Below, piece by piece: positions 9,173 to 18,892 of a DNA stretch of 38,116 nt; the first letter of the stretch is position 1, and each line of letters starts with the position of its first letter. Both the position numbers and the translations under genes were made by a program. The notes beneath the pieces were generated by a model. That model saw nothing but the letters and a program-made list of their open reading frames with translations, was not told the DNA's origin and ran no database searches. The DNA comes from a virus (lineage: Duplodnaviria; Caudoviricetes). Where the stretch lies: the IMG/VR virus record IMGVR_UViG_3300046823_000037, positions 1 through 38,116 of that record; one strand, 5' to 3'.

Positions 9173-10348
9173 ATGGCTTTAGCTTTTGTACAGGCTCATG
9201 GAGCAAATGTAACTGATACTAATACAACTGTATCAGTTACAGTTAGTGCTACTGGGACTGGAAACTTATTAGTAGTTTGTCCTGATAACTTTGATGCAAC
9301 TCCAGGAAATGTAGGTAGTATTACTGGAGTATCAGATGGAACTAACGCATTTACACAAGTTCCGTCAATGGATAATTTATCTGGAACTACTGTAAGAAGT
9401 GATGTTTGGTATTTACCTGTTTCTACATCAGGAAAAACGACTATTACAGCTACATTTAGTCGTAATACAGGATCATACTTTAAATCAATTCTATTTATTG
9501 AGATCTCTGGATTTACTAATCCTGTTGTTGACGTTCATAATGTAACTAATACTGCTTCTTGTTCTGCAAACCAGAATGGTGCTGCTGTTACAACAACTGC
9601 GACAGTTGCAGCAATTGTTGCATTTGGAATGGTTGGAAATATAACAGCAAATCCTCATTCTGGAAATGCTTTTACTTCAGGCGGTACAATTTCTTCTGGT
9701 GATGCTGTTTGTTCTTTATTAGCTTCTTCTACTGGAACATATACTCCTGCATGGGATATGACAGCAGGTAATAAGTTTTGGGGAAGTACTGTTGCATTTA
9801 AAGAATCAACTACAGCTTATACTTTAACTGCAAGTGGTGGGACTTATACAATTAGTGGGACGGCGGCGACTTTAGCTGTAGGCCGTAAAGTTTCTGCTTC
9901 TTCAGGAACATATACAATCTCAGGTACTGCTGCTGGATTAAAGGCAACTAGAAAGTTATCTGTTGCAAGTGGCACTTATTCAATTAATGGTTCAAGTGCA
10001 ACTTTAAGTAAAGGATATACACTTTCAGTTAGTGGTGGTTCTTATGTTATTACTGGGACTGCTGTAGGATTTAGGCGAACATATGTCATAGCTTCGGGAT
10101 CAACAAACTATGATATTCTCGGAGGAACAGTAACTTTAAATTATAGTGCAGCAAAAGTAATTTCTGAGGATACTGGAGAACATCCAGATCAAACAGAAAC
10201 AGAAAATTATTTTCGTAGGTACTGTAATGACCGAGATGCTTTAGATACTACTGAAAGATTAGCTACTGAAACTATTGGATTAAGTGAGACTTCAACAGAT
10301 AATGATTTTGAATCTTACGTGAGGCGATACGGAAACGACAATGCCTGA
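9173..10348 (+). CDS. Putative fibre/appendage protein with internal repeats
   Basis: 391 aa, T/S/G-rich, five ~22-aa repeats (consensus LxxxxGtYtIsGtaatL) and an acidic C-terminus. Confidence 0.65.
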   Translation: MALAFVQAHGANVTDTNTTVSVTVSATGTGNLLVVCPDNFDATPGNVGSITGVSDGTNAFTQVPSMDNLSGTTVRSDVWYLPVSTSGKTTITATFSRNTGSYFKSILFIEISGFTNPVVDVHNVTNTASCSANQNGAAVTTTATVAAIVAFGMVGNITANPHSGNAFTSGGTISSGDAVCSLLASSTGTYTPAWDMTAGNKFWGSTVAFKESTTAYTLTASGGTYTISGTAATLAVGRKVSASSGTYTISGTAAGLKATRKLSVASGTYSINGSSATLSKGYTLSVSGGSYVITGTAVGFRRTYVIASGSTNYDILGGTVTLNYSAAKVISEDTGEHPDQTETENYFRRYCNDRDALDTTERLATETIGLSETSTDNDFESYVRRYGNDNA

Positions 10349-12824
10349 AGTATTTAATTGGAATGATTTTAGTGCAGGATGGTGTCCATCTGATGATGCT
10401 TTAAATGGGCGTAAAAATGGCCTATTAAGGATGGAAAATGTAGAGCTAGATCTGAATGGTGCTATACAAATGTCTGGGGGAACAACTAGACAACTATCTG
10501 TGTTTACTAATACATTGCATACAATCTATCAAAAATATATAAATGGCACTCCATACATTTATTCAGCCGATACTACAGGATTAGTCTTTAGAGGGAATAC
10601 ACAAATTGAAACTGGCGGTAGTGCTACTAGAGCATGTTTTAATGCAGCATATAATTATGTTTTTGGTTTCTCAGGAAATAAAAGATTTAAAGATGATGGG
10701 ACTACTGCAACAGATTTAGGTATAATTGGTCCTAGTGCTGGACCTACAGTAGTAGTTGGTGCTGCTGGAATTTTAACTGGAGATTATGAATACTGCCAAG
10801 TTAATGTATTAGTTAATGGATCTTATAGAGCTAAAAGTGTAAGATCAGCTATTAATACAGTTTCTCCAAGTCTTCAAGTAGTAACTGTTACTCCTCAAAA
10901 TCCTAGTGTTCCTAGCTCTACAGCTAATGAAGCATGGATATTCCGGAGAGGTGTAAATTTAGATACATGGTATAGAATTGCTAGAGTTACTAGTTTTGGA
11001 GCATTTACAGATAATATGTCTGATTATGATGCTTTAGCATTAGGTATAACTTTAAATGATTTCTTACTTCCAGTTAATTCTACAGGGATACCAGATGCAA
11101 TTATTTCTTGTGTTGGTCCTGTTTACGGAAGGATGATTTATTTTACTGCTAAGCAAATATATTTTGGAGATATTAATTCTCCAGATTCTACAGACTCAAG
11201 AACAACTATGAATGTTACTGGAGCCAGCGGCTCTGAAACATTTAAATGGGCTATTAAAGTAGCTAAGAATACAGTATTAGTTGGAACTGATCGAGATGTC
11301 TATATTCTTTCAGGAACATATGTTCAATTACCTGATGGTTTCCTTGATGTAAGTTTAGATCCTTTAGGTGTATCAGACCCACCTATAGGTATAGATGTTG
11401 CTTTATATCAAAACTCAGCAGTTTACATGTCTAAATCTGGATGGGTTGCATGTAATACTTCAGGTAATATAGTTAATCTTTGTTTTCCTAATACAGATCT
11501 TTTATATAAAGGAGAAGCTACATTTGAATGTGGAGCAGTAACTATTGATTTGACTGGGGCAACAAGGTATTCGTGTACTATAGTAAAGAATAAATTATTT
11601 TGTATTGTCCCTGTTGGAGCACCTTTAGCTAGTGGATCATTTACTTCAATACATACTGAAGTTTATGACTTTCAAAGAAAATATTGGAGAGTAGCCTATG
11701 TAAATCTTTCACCTAAAATGTATGTAGCCCATGAGAATGGAAGTCTTTTAGGTTTTGATGATACTGATAAATTTATTAAAGTATATGATGATATAACTCG
11801 TAGGTTAGATGACGGTGCTCAAACTAGACAAACTGTACAAATATTATCTGGCTGTTTTGATTTTAATTTACCTACCGTTAGAAAAGATCTTTATACTTTA
11901 GGTATAGCAGGAGGCACAGGTTCAAGTTTATTTGGTGTTGTAATAGGTATCGGTGTTGATGGACATACTGGATATGAAGCAAATGACATTAGTACTACCG
12001 CATTTAAAGTAAATGACACTGGAGTAGGATACTATCAATTTAGATCTAGGTTTGATATTCAATCTATATCCGGTGCATCAGCAATAACTCCTTGTAGAGA
12101 TATACAATTTAGAGTCTCAGGTCAAACAACAGATTTAAGATTTAAAGAATTAAGTTTATCTTATGATAAACGACCACCACAACTTACATTTTTAAGGTTA
12201 CTTAATTTAGGTTTGGATTCTATAAATAAAAAGAGGATTCGTACGATTAATTTTATTATTGATACTTTAGGAAATGATATTACATTTACTCCTATAGTAG
12301 ATGGGGTAGCACATTCATCAAGTATATTTAATACTACACGAAAATCAGCTGTAGCATATACTTTCTTTCAAGATAGTGATTGTTTTGGTACTGATTTTAG
12401 TGCTACCTTACAATCAAGTGCTAGTTTACCTTTTGAGTTTTATGAGGTATTACCACCCGATGTAGTTTATCAACAGCCGGGACCTAAAGTATATAATACT
12501 ATAGGTGAGATAGAAATATTACGCTATGGTAAGATTAAAGCACTTGAAATACGAATAGATACACTTGCAGTAACTTCACTTCCTTATATTATCTATTTAG
12601 ACGGAATTAGTCTTATTTCAAGTTCAATAGATATTGCCACAGACGGAGAGAAAATCTGTAGTATCCCACTACCTAAAACTATTGCAGGCAGTCTACTTAA
12701 AATAGATATTGGTCCTATAGGTGCTGGGAGATTTAGACATATTGCCACCAGGATTCAAATTGCTAAGTCTGGATTAGATACTGAAGAAAAGTGGGTTTTC
12801 TTAGATGGTAAGGGAGCTATCTAA
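10341..12824 (+). CDS. Tail tubular/nozzle (stabilisation) protein
   Basis: 827 aa, beta-rich. The N-terminus DFSAGW...MENVELD..G is typical of podoviral nozzle proteins. Confidence 0.7.
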   Translation: MPEVFNWNDFSAGWCPSDDALNGRKNGLLRMENVELDLNGAIQMSGGTTRQLSVFTNTLHTIYQKYINGTPYIYSADTTGLVFRGNTQIETGGSATRACFNAAYNYVFGFSGNKRFKDDGTTATDLGIIGPSAGPTVVVGAAGILTGDYEYCQVNVLVNGSYRAKSVRSAINTVSPSLQVVTVTPQNPSVPSSTANEAWIFRRGVNLDTWYRIARVTSFGAFTDNMSDYDALALGITLNDFLLPVNSTGIPDAIISCVGPVYGRMIYFTAKQIYFGDINSPDSTDSRTTMNVTGASGSETFKWAIKVAKNTVLVGTDRDVYILSGTYVQLPDGFLDVSLDPLGVSDPPIGIDVALYQNSAVYMSKSGWVACNTSGNIVNLCFPNTDLLYKGEATFECGAVTIDLTGATRYSCTIVKNKLFCIVPVGAPLASGSFTSIHTEVYDFQRKYWRVAYVNLSPKMYVAHENGSLLGFDDTDKFIKVYDDITRRLDDGAQTRQTVQILSGCFDFNLPTVRKDLYTLGIAGGTGSSLFGVVIGIGVDGHTGYEANDISTTAFKVNDTGVGYYQFRSRFDIQSISGASAITPCRDIQFRVSGQTTDLRFKELSLSYDKRPPQLTFLRLLNLGLDSINKKRIRTINFIIDTLGNDITFTPIVDGVAHSSSIFNTTRKSAVAYTFFQDSDCFGTDFSATLQSSASLPFEFYEVLPPDVVYQQPGPKVYNTIGEIEILRYGKIKALEIRIDTLAVTSLPYIIYLDGISLISSSIDIATDGEKICSIPLPKTIAGSLLKIDIGPIGAGRFRHIATRIQIAKSGLDTEEKWVFLDGKGAI

Positions 12825-13981
12825 TGGTTAGTTATGAACTTCCCGATTTAAGTGTATTAGGTTATGATCCTGGACAATCTATAGGTCCAGAGCAAGATTA
12901 TTTACTTAGGCAAGTAAATAGTTTACTTACTCAGAAACAAAATTTACATGGCCGGCGTATAGGAAAAGCTAAAGACGCTATTAATCCGGGGGACTATGTA
13001 ACTAAAAGGCAATTAAACGGTACTTTAGTTGGGACTTTAGCACAACGGCCGCAACCTTCAAATGTAGTTGTAGGTACAACTTATTTTGCTACGGATAGAA
13101 ATGTAACATATATTGCTCGTGGGGGTCACTGGTATTATTATGATGGAATACAAGATGTAACATTATCTCCAGATACTAAACCTAGTCCTAGTGTATTATA
13201 TGATAATGGATATATGATCTATGCTACTGATTTTGATTGGTACTATAGATGGAATTTAATTACATGGAAAAGATTAGGTGGAGCAAATTTATATGTAGAA
13301 GGATTCTGGGTTGCTCCAACAAAACCCGGATGGGGAATAGTTGATGGAAGTACCTACACATATTCTACAGATAATGCTTCTGTAGTTACTGGATTTACTC
13401 CTAATGATGTTAGAGGAAGATTTTTAAAGTATGGGGCTACTACTACTCCTGTAGTGGCTAATGCTCCTACTATTTCTGGGAATACAGGAAATGAATCAGT
13501 TAAACATACTCATACTACTACATCTACTGGAACTGTAGGTGGAACAGTTCATTTACCTAGTTTAACTCATAGTCATACTTACCATTCTAGTACTGGTGTA
13601 GAAAGTGCCCCTCATGGACATTCTGTAGATGTTAGTGGACTTTCAGTTTCAGGAACTACAGGAGGTCCAAGTGGAACTACTCCAAGATTAGAAGGCTCTG
13701 CAAGTGTAGCATCAGATTCACATACACATGGATTTTCAGCAAGTATTAGTGGTTCAAGTAATACAGGAACAGAAGATGCAACACATACACATTCTTTTGA
13801 AGATACTACAGATGATGCAGTAGGTGGTGATGTAGATTTAACTTTAGCTGCTACTTTTACTGGAAGCCCGGCTGCTTCAGGTGTAGATAGTGTAGATCAT
13901 ACTCATTCTGGATCTAGTTTAACTATTTCAAATGATGGTAGTCCATTAGCTTTTCAACTTATTCCATATGTTCGACTTTAA
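12824..13981 (+). CDS. Tail fibre protein with HxH metal-binding motifs
   Basis: Collar-like GW..VDG...RGRFL segment, six HxH motifs, C-terminal P....L.PYVRL. Confidence 0.8.
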   Translation: MVSYELPDLSVLGYDPGQSIGPEQDYLLRQVNSLLTQKQNLHGRRIGKAKDAINPGDYVTKRQLNGTLVGTLAQRPQPSNVVVGTTYFATDRNVTYIARGGHWYYYDGIQDVTLSPDTKPSPSVLYDNGYMIYATDFDWYYRWNLITWKRLGGANLYVEGFWVAPTKPGWGIVDGSTYTYSTDNASVVTGFTPNDVRGRFLKYGATTTPVVANAPTISGNTGNESVKHTHTTTSTGTVGGTVHLPSLTHSHTYHSSTGVESAPHGHSVDVSGLSVSGTTGGPSGTTPRLEGSASVASDSHTHGFSASISGSSNTGTEDATHTHSFEDTTDDAVGGDVDLTLAATFTGSPAASGVDSVDHTHSGSSLTISNDGSPLAFQLIPYVRL

Positions 13982-13989
13982 GAGGTTTT

Positions 13990-14205
13990 ATGAAATTAAC
14001 TGTAGTTTTAAATGATAAGAAAGAAACGAAACTTGAATTTGAAAATGCTTTCCATAGTACAGTGCGTATGATAGATAGACATTTAAACATGTCTAATGAA
14101 CTTTATATCTATAGAATGAATGAACTCAAAGTAGAAACCACAGTTGTTACTTTTGCTGCTGGGCAATGGAAATATTGTTTCGTTGATGATGAAGTGAAAG
14201 GATAA
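13990..14205 (+). CDS. Hypothetical protein
   Basis: 71 aa, GAGG SD, follows the tail fibre gene. Confidence 0.65.
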   Translation: MKLTVVLNDKKETKLEFENAFHSTVRMIDRHLNMSNELYIYRMNELKVETTVVTFAAGQWKYCFVDDEVKG

Positions 14206-14209
14206 AGAA

Positions 14210-14911
14210 ATGCCGTTTGATTTTAAATCGTTATATAGTAATCCAGCAGCTTTAGCTGTAGGTTTATCTGCGGCCGGCGGAGCTTTGGGAAATCGTAAAG
14301 AAACTACGACCCAGACTCAAAATACAAACTTAACTCCAGAACAACAGTTACTACTTAAACAACTAATGGAACAGCAAGCAAAATTAAGTGCTGGAACTGA
14401 TTTAACTGGTTACGAAGCTGGACAAGTTTCAGATATAAATAAAACTAGAGCATTACAGTTACAGAATGTTCAAGAAAATGCGGCCTTGCGAGGAATAACT
14501 GGTGATGCTTTAGGAAATGCTGAAAATAGTGTAGACTCACAAAGGTATGGGGATATAGTTAAACTACATCAACAGATTCCTATGCTTCAGAATCAATTAG
14601 AGACTAATGCTCTCCAGACCGGCCAAAGTTTATTTACTGCTACGCCTAAGAATGTTGTAGGAACAGGAACTACTCCTAATAATGCTGTAGGTGGCGGTTT
14701 ATCTAATGCGGCAGCTACGTTAGCTTATTTCTTAGGTCAAGGGGCATTTAAAAAACCAAATGCTTCTACATTACCTTCAACTGTACCTAATGTATATAAA
14801 ACTCCTTCATTTAATCCTGGAACTTTATATAATAAGAATACTACTCCACCATTTATTCTTCCTTCTACATTTAATATAAATCGTACTCCTGTTTATAATC
14901 CTGGATATTAG
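14210..14911 (+). CDS. Putative internal virion/DNA ejection protein (small)
   Basis: Gly/Ala hydrophobic N-terminal segment and Q/T-rich body. First of three genes of increasing size. Confidence 0.6.
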   Translation: MPFDFKSLYSNPAALAVGLSAAGGALGNRKETTTQTQNTNLTPEQQLLLKQLMEQQAKLSAGTDLTGYEAGQVSDINKTRALQLQNVQENAALRGITGDALGNAENSVDSQRYGDIVKLHQQIPMLQNQLETNALQTGQSLFTATPKNVVGTGTTPNNAVGGGLSNAAATLAYFLGQGAFKKPNASTLPSTVPNVYKTPSFNPGTLYNKNTTPPFILPSTFNINRTPVYNPGY

Positions 14912-14920
14912 GAGTTTAAG

Positions 14921-16213
14921 ATGCCAGTTAAATTAGATGTATCAAATAGTATTATAAGTGCCTACGCATTAGGTAAGCAAGAAGCTACTACTGCTGAAGA
15001 ATTAAAAAAGAAACAAGAACAGACTCAAGTTGAGAATGAGCAGAAACAAGCTCAGATTGATGCTCAAAAGCAACAGTTTGAAGAATCTTTAGCTAATGAT
15101 AAAGCTAATCAACTTGCTACTCATAAACTTCAACAAGCTCAATTAGATTTACAGCAACAGTCAGCTAGACAACAATTAATTCAAGGGGCTGAACAAACTG
15201 GGAATGTTCCATCAGGGTATAATATTACTTCTCAAGATCAATATGAGATGAGTCCTAATGTTTTTGGAACTAGAATTACTGCTACTAATCCCGCTACAGG
15301 TGAAACTATTCAATTTAGGGCACCTAGATCAGCGGCTCAGGAAACTGGAACATTAAAAGCCACTGAAGCTAAACCAGCATTAGAGCAGAATATAGATTAT
15401 GAAAAGCAATTAAAATTATTCGAAAGTAATCTTCAAGAAGAAACCGCTAAAAGTTTAGCCCAAGGTAAGGATAGTGCTGAAGTTCGTCAGTTAAATATTA
15501 AGAATGCTCATGATAAGACTATGGAACAACTTAAATATGAACATGATCTTAATTTGGCTAATATAAAAGGTAACTTTGAGTTACAAAAAGAAGGTGCTAA
15601 GGCCGCGAACCTTCCAGAAACTTGGGGTTTATTAACACTTGATCCTGATACTAGAGCTAAATTAAAGTTACCTCCTGGGGCTACTTGGAATGATGCTTTT
15701 CCTGGGGCTAAGATGCCGGCTAAGGCTCAGGATGAATTTAAACAATACAGTACTGTAGAAGATTTAGCTACTACAGTTAAGGATGCGTTAGAAAAAACTT
15801 ATTCTGATGGTCAAACAGGTTATCAGAAGTATTTTCTTGGGGCAGGATTTGGTAGTATTGCAGATAGATTACAAAATATTGCTGGTCAAGCTGATCCAGT
15901 TGTAGAAAATATTAGACCTGATATAGGTAAAATATTTGTTGCAATGAAGGAAAATGCTAAGGTAGGGTCTGTTGTTTCTCCACAAGAAGAAAAGTGGGTA
16001 AAATCTTATGCTGGTGGGATTGAAAGGTCTTTAACCCCTGATAGAGCTAAAGCTATATTTGATAAACTTATTCCTACAGTTAGGCAAGCTAGATTAGAAA
16101 CTGTTCTCTCAAATAGTAAATCTAATAGAAAAGAAGCTGTGCCTGAAACTAGAACTACTCAACCTACTACTGATGAAAATACGCTGCCCGGTGGATTTAG
16201 AATAGGACAGTAA
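14921..16213 (+). CDS. Putative internal virion/DNA ejection protein (medium)
   Basis: 430 aa, Q/E/K coiled coil, AGGAG SD. Confidence 0.6.
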   Translation: MPVKLDVSNSIISAYALGKQEATTAEELKKKQEQTQVENEQKQAQIDAQKQQFEESLANDKANQLATHKLQQAQLDLQQQSARQQLIQGAEQTGNVPSGYNITSQDQYEMSPNVFGTRITATNPATGETIQFRAPRSAAQETGTLKATEAKPALEQNIDYEKQLKLFESNLQEETAKSLAQGKDSAEVRQLNIKNAHDKTMEQLKYEHDLNLANIKGNFELQKEGAKAANLPETWGLLTLDPDTRAKLKLPPGATWNDAFPGAKMPAKAQDEFKQYSTVEDLATTVKDALEKTYSDGQTGYQKYFLGAGFGSIADRLQNIAGQADPVVENIRPDIGKIFVAMKENAKVGSVVSPQEEKWVKSYAGGIERSLTPDRAKAIFDKLIPTVRQARLETVLSNSKSNRKEAVPETRTTQPTTDENTLPGGFRIGQ

Positions 16214-16218
16214 ATGAA

Positions 16219-18495
16219 ATGGCAGAAAAAACATATCCAATTATAGCTCCTGATGGAACTAAATTTAATATTACTGGTCCAGATAATGCTTCTAAAGAAG
16301 ACATAGGAAAAGCAGCAGCCGCGGCCTATGAAAAGATTAAGGCTAGAGTTACAACTCCGGCGGTTAACTTAACTTCTCAAGATGTTACAAATCCTACTAT
16401 AAAGCCAACAATTGATTTAACTGCAAAAGATACTACAAATCCAGTTTATACTGGCTCGCTTCCAGGTCACGCTACAGGTATTTCTAGTCAAGATACAAAT
16501 GCAAAAGGTTTAGTTGCTGAAGCCCTACAGAGATTATTACCTGCGGATACTTATAATCATCCACTTATTCAAAGTTTAATTAATAAAACTCCAGAAAGTC
16601 AATCAGAAGTTGCGCCTCTTGCTCGCGATATTATTTCTGATGGTGCTGGTGCCCTAGCTATTGGAGCATTTCCTGAAGTAACTTTACCAGCTACTTTAGC
16701 CGGTTCAGCAGTTATGGCAACTGTAGATCAATACTTAAGGCATGCTTCTGGGGAAGGAACTGGATCAAGTACTTTTCCACATAATCCTTTATATGCTGGA
16801 ATAGAACAAACAGGATTGAATGAATTAGCTGGTAGAGTTATTGGCGTGGCTGGAAAAGCATTAGCTCCTGGAGATTTAATAGATCGAGTTCCAGGAGTAA
16901 CTGATGAATTAAAAAATCTAAATCCTACTTATTCTCAATATGAAGCTAGTCCAAAGCATTCTTCTTTAATAGAAGATTATTTTGGCCGAGGTGCCAAGGA
17001 AGCATCTATTGCTGATAGTACTAAACGTGCAAAGATAAGATCTAATGAGTTGATTGCAGATTTAACTATTCCTAATGTCAGCGGCCCAGTATCTTCTATT
17101 AGTAATGATGCTAGGGCTGAATTAATGATGGCAGAAAATAGGGCTAGTTATGATAAGTTTGTAGCAACTTCAAATAAAGAAGCACAAAATGCTGTAGCTG
17201 GTGCTGACTTATATCCTAAACAACTTCCTGGAACTGTTGTTCAAACTCCTATTCAAGTACCAGTAATGTCTGGAGGAATACAAACAGGAACTCAAACTGT
17301 AAATGCTTCAAGTGTTGTTGCTGGAAAAGTAGTTAATGGTCCTATAGATCTAAATAGAACATTACCTGAACTATTAAAAATTCGTAGTGAAATGTACCCT
17401 AATGGTATTATTACTCCAGATGTAAATACTCCTGTTTCTAGAACTATAAATGATATTTTTAAAGCGATTGATGCAAAATTTGATCCTCAAGGTAATTTAA
17501 TTTCATCTAATCCATTAGGATTTAAAGAAGCGTGGGATGCTAAACAGGCTATTGATGCTTTAGGTTATGGCCATTTAACTGAAAACATTAATGCAGTAGA
17601 TGGAAGATTTAGAAGGATTTCAAATTCTTTAAATAAAGATATTGATGAGAGTATTCCTAAATGGTCGAATGATCCATCACAAGCTCCACAACTTGCAAGT
17701 ATAAATCAATCTTGGCAACAAAGCAAGGCTATAGTTCAAAAAAGACATGAACTTTGGGGACCAATAGGAGAAACTGGTAAATCTGCTGACACATTATTAA
17801 ATACTGAAAATGCTCCAAGAGAAGTAATGGATTCCATCCTTGGGGATTATAAAAAGATGGGAAGGTTCTTAGAGTCCGGGGAGGCTACAGTTAATGGTCA
17901 GACTGTAACTTCTACTAATGGTAGGAAAGATCTTCAAGGTTATTTCTTTAAGAAATTAGAGCAGGATAACTGGACACCCTATAGTCCAGAAAATCGTGAT
18001 GTGGGGGTATTAAATGGAGATCAATATGCTACTGACTATAATAAGTTTAGACAGTCAACTGAAGGAATTAAACTATTAGGTACTTTAAACAGTGCTAAAG
18101 CTCGCCGATGGGACGATTTTGTTGATGCTGTTCAGAAGACTACTAACCAGTTAAATAATAATAATAACTATATTAAGTTTAGGTTTGGTACAGCCACATT
18201 AGGTTTAGCAGGAGAATTATTAGCAGAACATTCAGACTCAGCTATGTTAACTCGTGGGGCTATAGTCTCTGGTTATATAGGAATGGGTGTAGTAGCAAGA
18301 ATCATGTCTAACGATAATTATGCTCCAATTTTATTAGGTTTATTACATGGCCGGCCGCTAGGTATGAGTTTTCAGGCTGCTTCCAGGCTTTTAGTCCAAG
18401 GTATGTCTGGTGGGCATATTACTTTGACTCTTAAAGATGGATCTAAACAAGAAGCAGTAGTTGGTACTGATGGTAAAATCAGACCAGTTAAGTAA
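16219..18495 (+). CDS. Putative internal virion/DNA ejection protein (large)
   Basis: 758 aa, last gene of the + arm, with Gly/Ala hydrophobic segments near both ends. Confidence 0.6.
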   Translation: MAEKTYPIIAPDGTKFNITGPDNASKEDIGKAAAAAYEKIKARVTTPAVNLTSQDVTNPTIKPTIDLTAKDTTNPVYTGSLPGHATGISSQDTNAKGLVAEALQRLLPADTYNHPLIQSLINKTPESQSEVAPLARDIISDGAGALAIGAFPEVTLPATLAGSAVMATVDQYLRHASGEGTGSSTFPHNPLYAGIEQTGLNELAGRVIGVAGKALAPGDLIDRVPGVTDELKNLNPTYSQYEASPKHSSLIEDYFGRGAKEASIADSTKRAKIRSNELIADLTIPNVSGPVSSISNDARAELMMAENRASYDKFVATSNKEAQNAVAGADLYPKQLPGTVVQTPIQVPVMSGGIQTGTQTVNASSVVAGKVVNGPIDLNRTLPELLKIRSEMYPNGIITPDVNTPVSRTINDIFKAIDAKFDPQGNLISSNPLGFKEAWDAKQAIDALGYGHLTENINAVDGRFRRISNSLNKDIDESIPKWSNDPSQAPQLASINQSWQQSKAIVQKRHELWGPIGETGKSADTLLNTENAPREVMDSILGDYKKMGRFLESGEATVNGQTVTSTNGRKDLQGYFFKKLEQDNWTPYSPENRDVGVLNGDQYATDYNKFRQSTEGIKLLGTLNSAKARRWDDFVDAVQKTTNQLNNNNNYIKFRFGTATLGLAGELLAEHSDSAMLTRGAIVSGYIGMGVVARIMSNDNYAPILLGLLHGRPLGMSFQAASRLLVQGMSGGHITLTLKDGSKQEAVVGTDGKIRPVK

Positions 18496-18570
18496 TTACT
18501 TATGTCTATGTTTAGGGTATCGACCAGACCATAACCATACTAAGAAGAACGCAATGAAATATATTAACAT
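18496..18570 (-). CDS. Small membrane peptide (24 aa, not in the ORF track)
   Basis: MLIYFIAFFLVWLWSGRYPKHRHK*, AGGAG SD. Its stop abuts the stop of the convergent + strand gene. Confidence 0.6.
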   Translation of the reverse strand: MLIYFIAFFLVWLWSGRYPKHRHK

Positions 18571-18571
18571 T

Positions 18572-18694
18572 TTAATCTCCTAAATAGAAAGTAAATCTCC
18601 AGTAACCTAATAAGATAAATATGTGACCACTATGATAACAAAACTTAAGTTTAAATAGTGGGATATAGTAGTATCCTCTATACTGTATTTTCAT
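18572..18694 (-). CDS. Small aromatic-rich protein (40 aa, not in the ORF track)
   Basis: MKIQYRGYYYIPLFKLKFCYHSGHIFILLGYWRFTFYLGD*. Tiles exactly between its neighbours. Confidence 0.55.
   Translation of the reverse strand: MKIQYRGYYYIPLFKLKFCYHSGHIFILLGYWRFTFYLGD
18644..18662. repeat. 19-bp exact direct repeat, copy 1
   Basis: CTTAAGTTTAAATAGTGGG, identical at 23797-23815. Confidence 0.8.
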
Positions 18695-18697
18695 AAT

Positions 18698-18883
18698 TTA
18701 ATATTCATCATCTATTGGTTCAGAATCAATAATACTATAATCGCTACCATCCTTAATATGTTCACATGCCTCATCCCATGCACTATCATTTTCATTCAAT
18801 GTAGTAGCATTCGTATCTGACTCATATTCTCCTCGAACCCATATAAACTCTCCACATATTAAACAAACACATTTAAATCTCAT
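18698..18883 (-). CDS. Small acidic Cys/His protein
   Basis: 61 aa, CxxC...CEH, GAGG SD. Confidence 0.7.
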   Translation of the reverse strand: MRFKCVCLICGEFIWVRGEYESDTNATTLNENDSAWDEACEHIKDGSDYSIIDSEPIDDEY

Positions 18884-18892
18884 TTTTAGCCC

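Noticed and set aside
12824-13981. Diversity-generating retroelement acting on the tail fibre
   Set aside because: No reverse transcriptase and no template/variable repeat pair seen.
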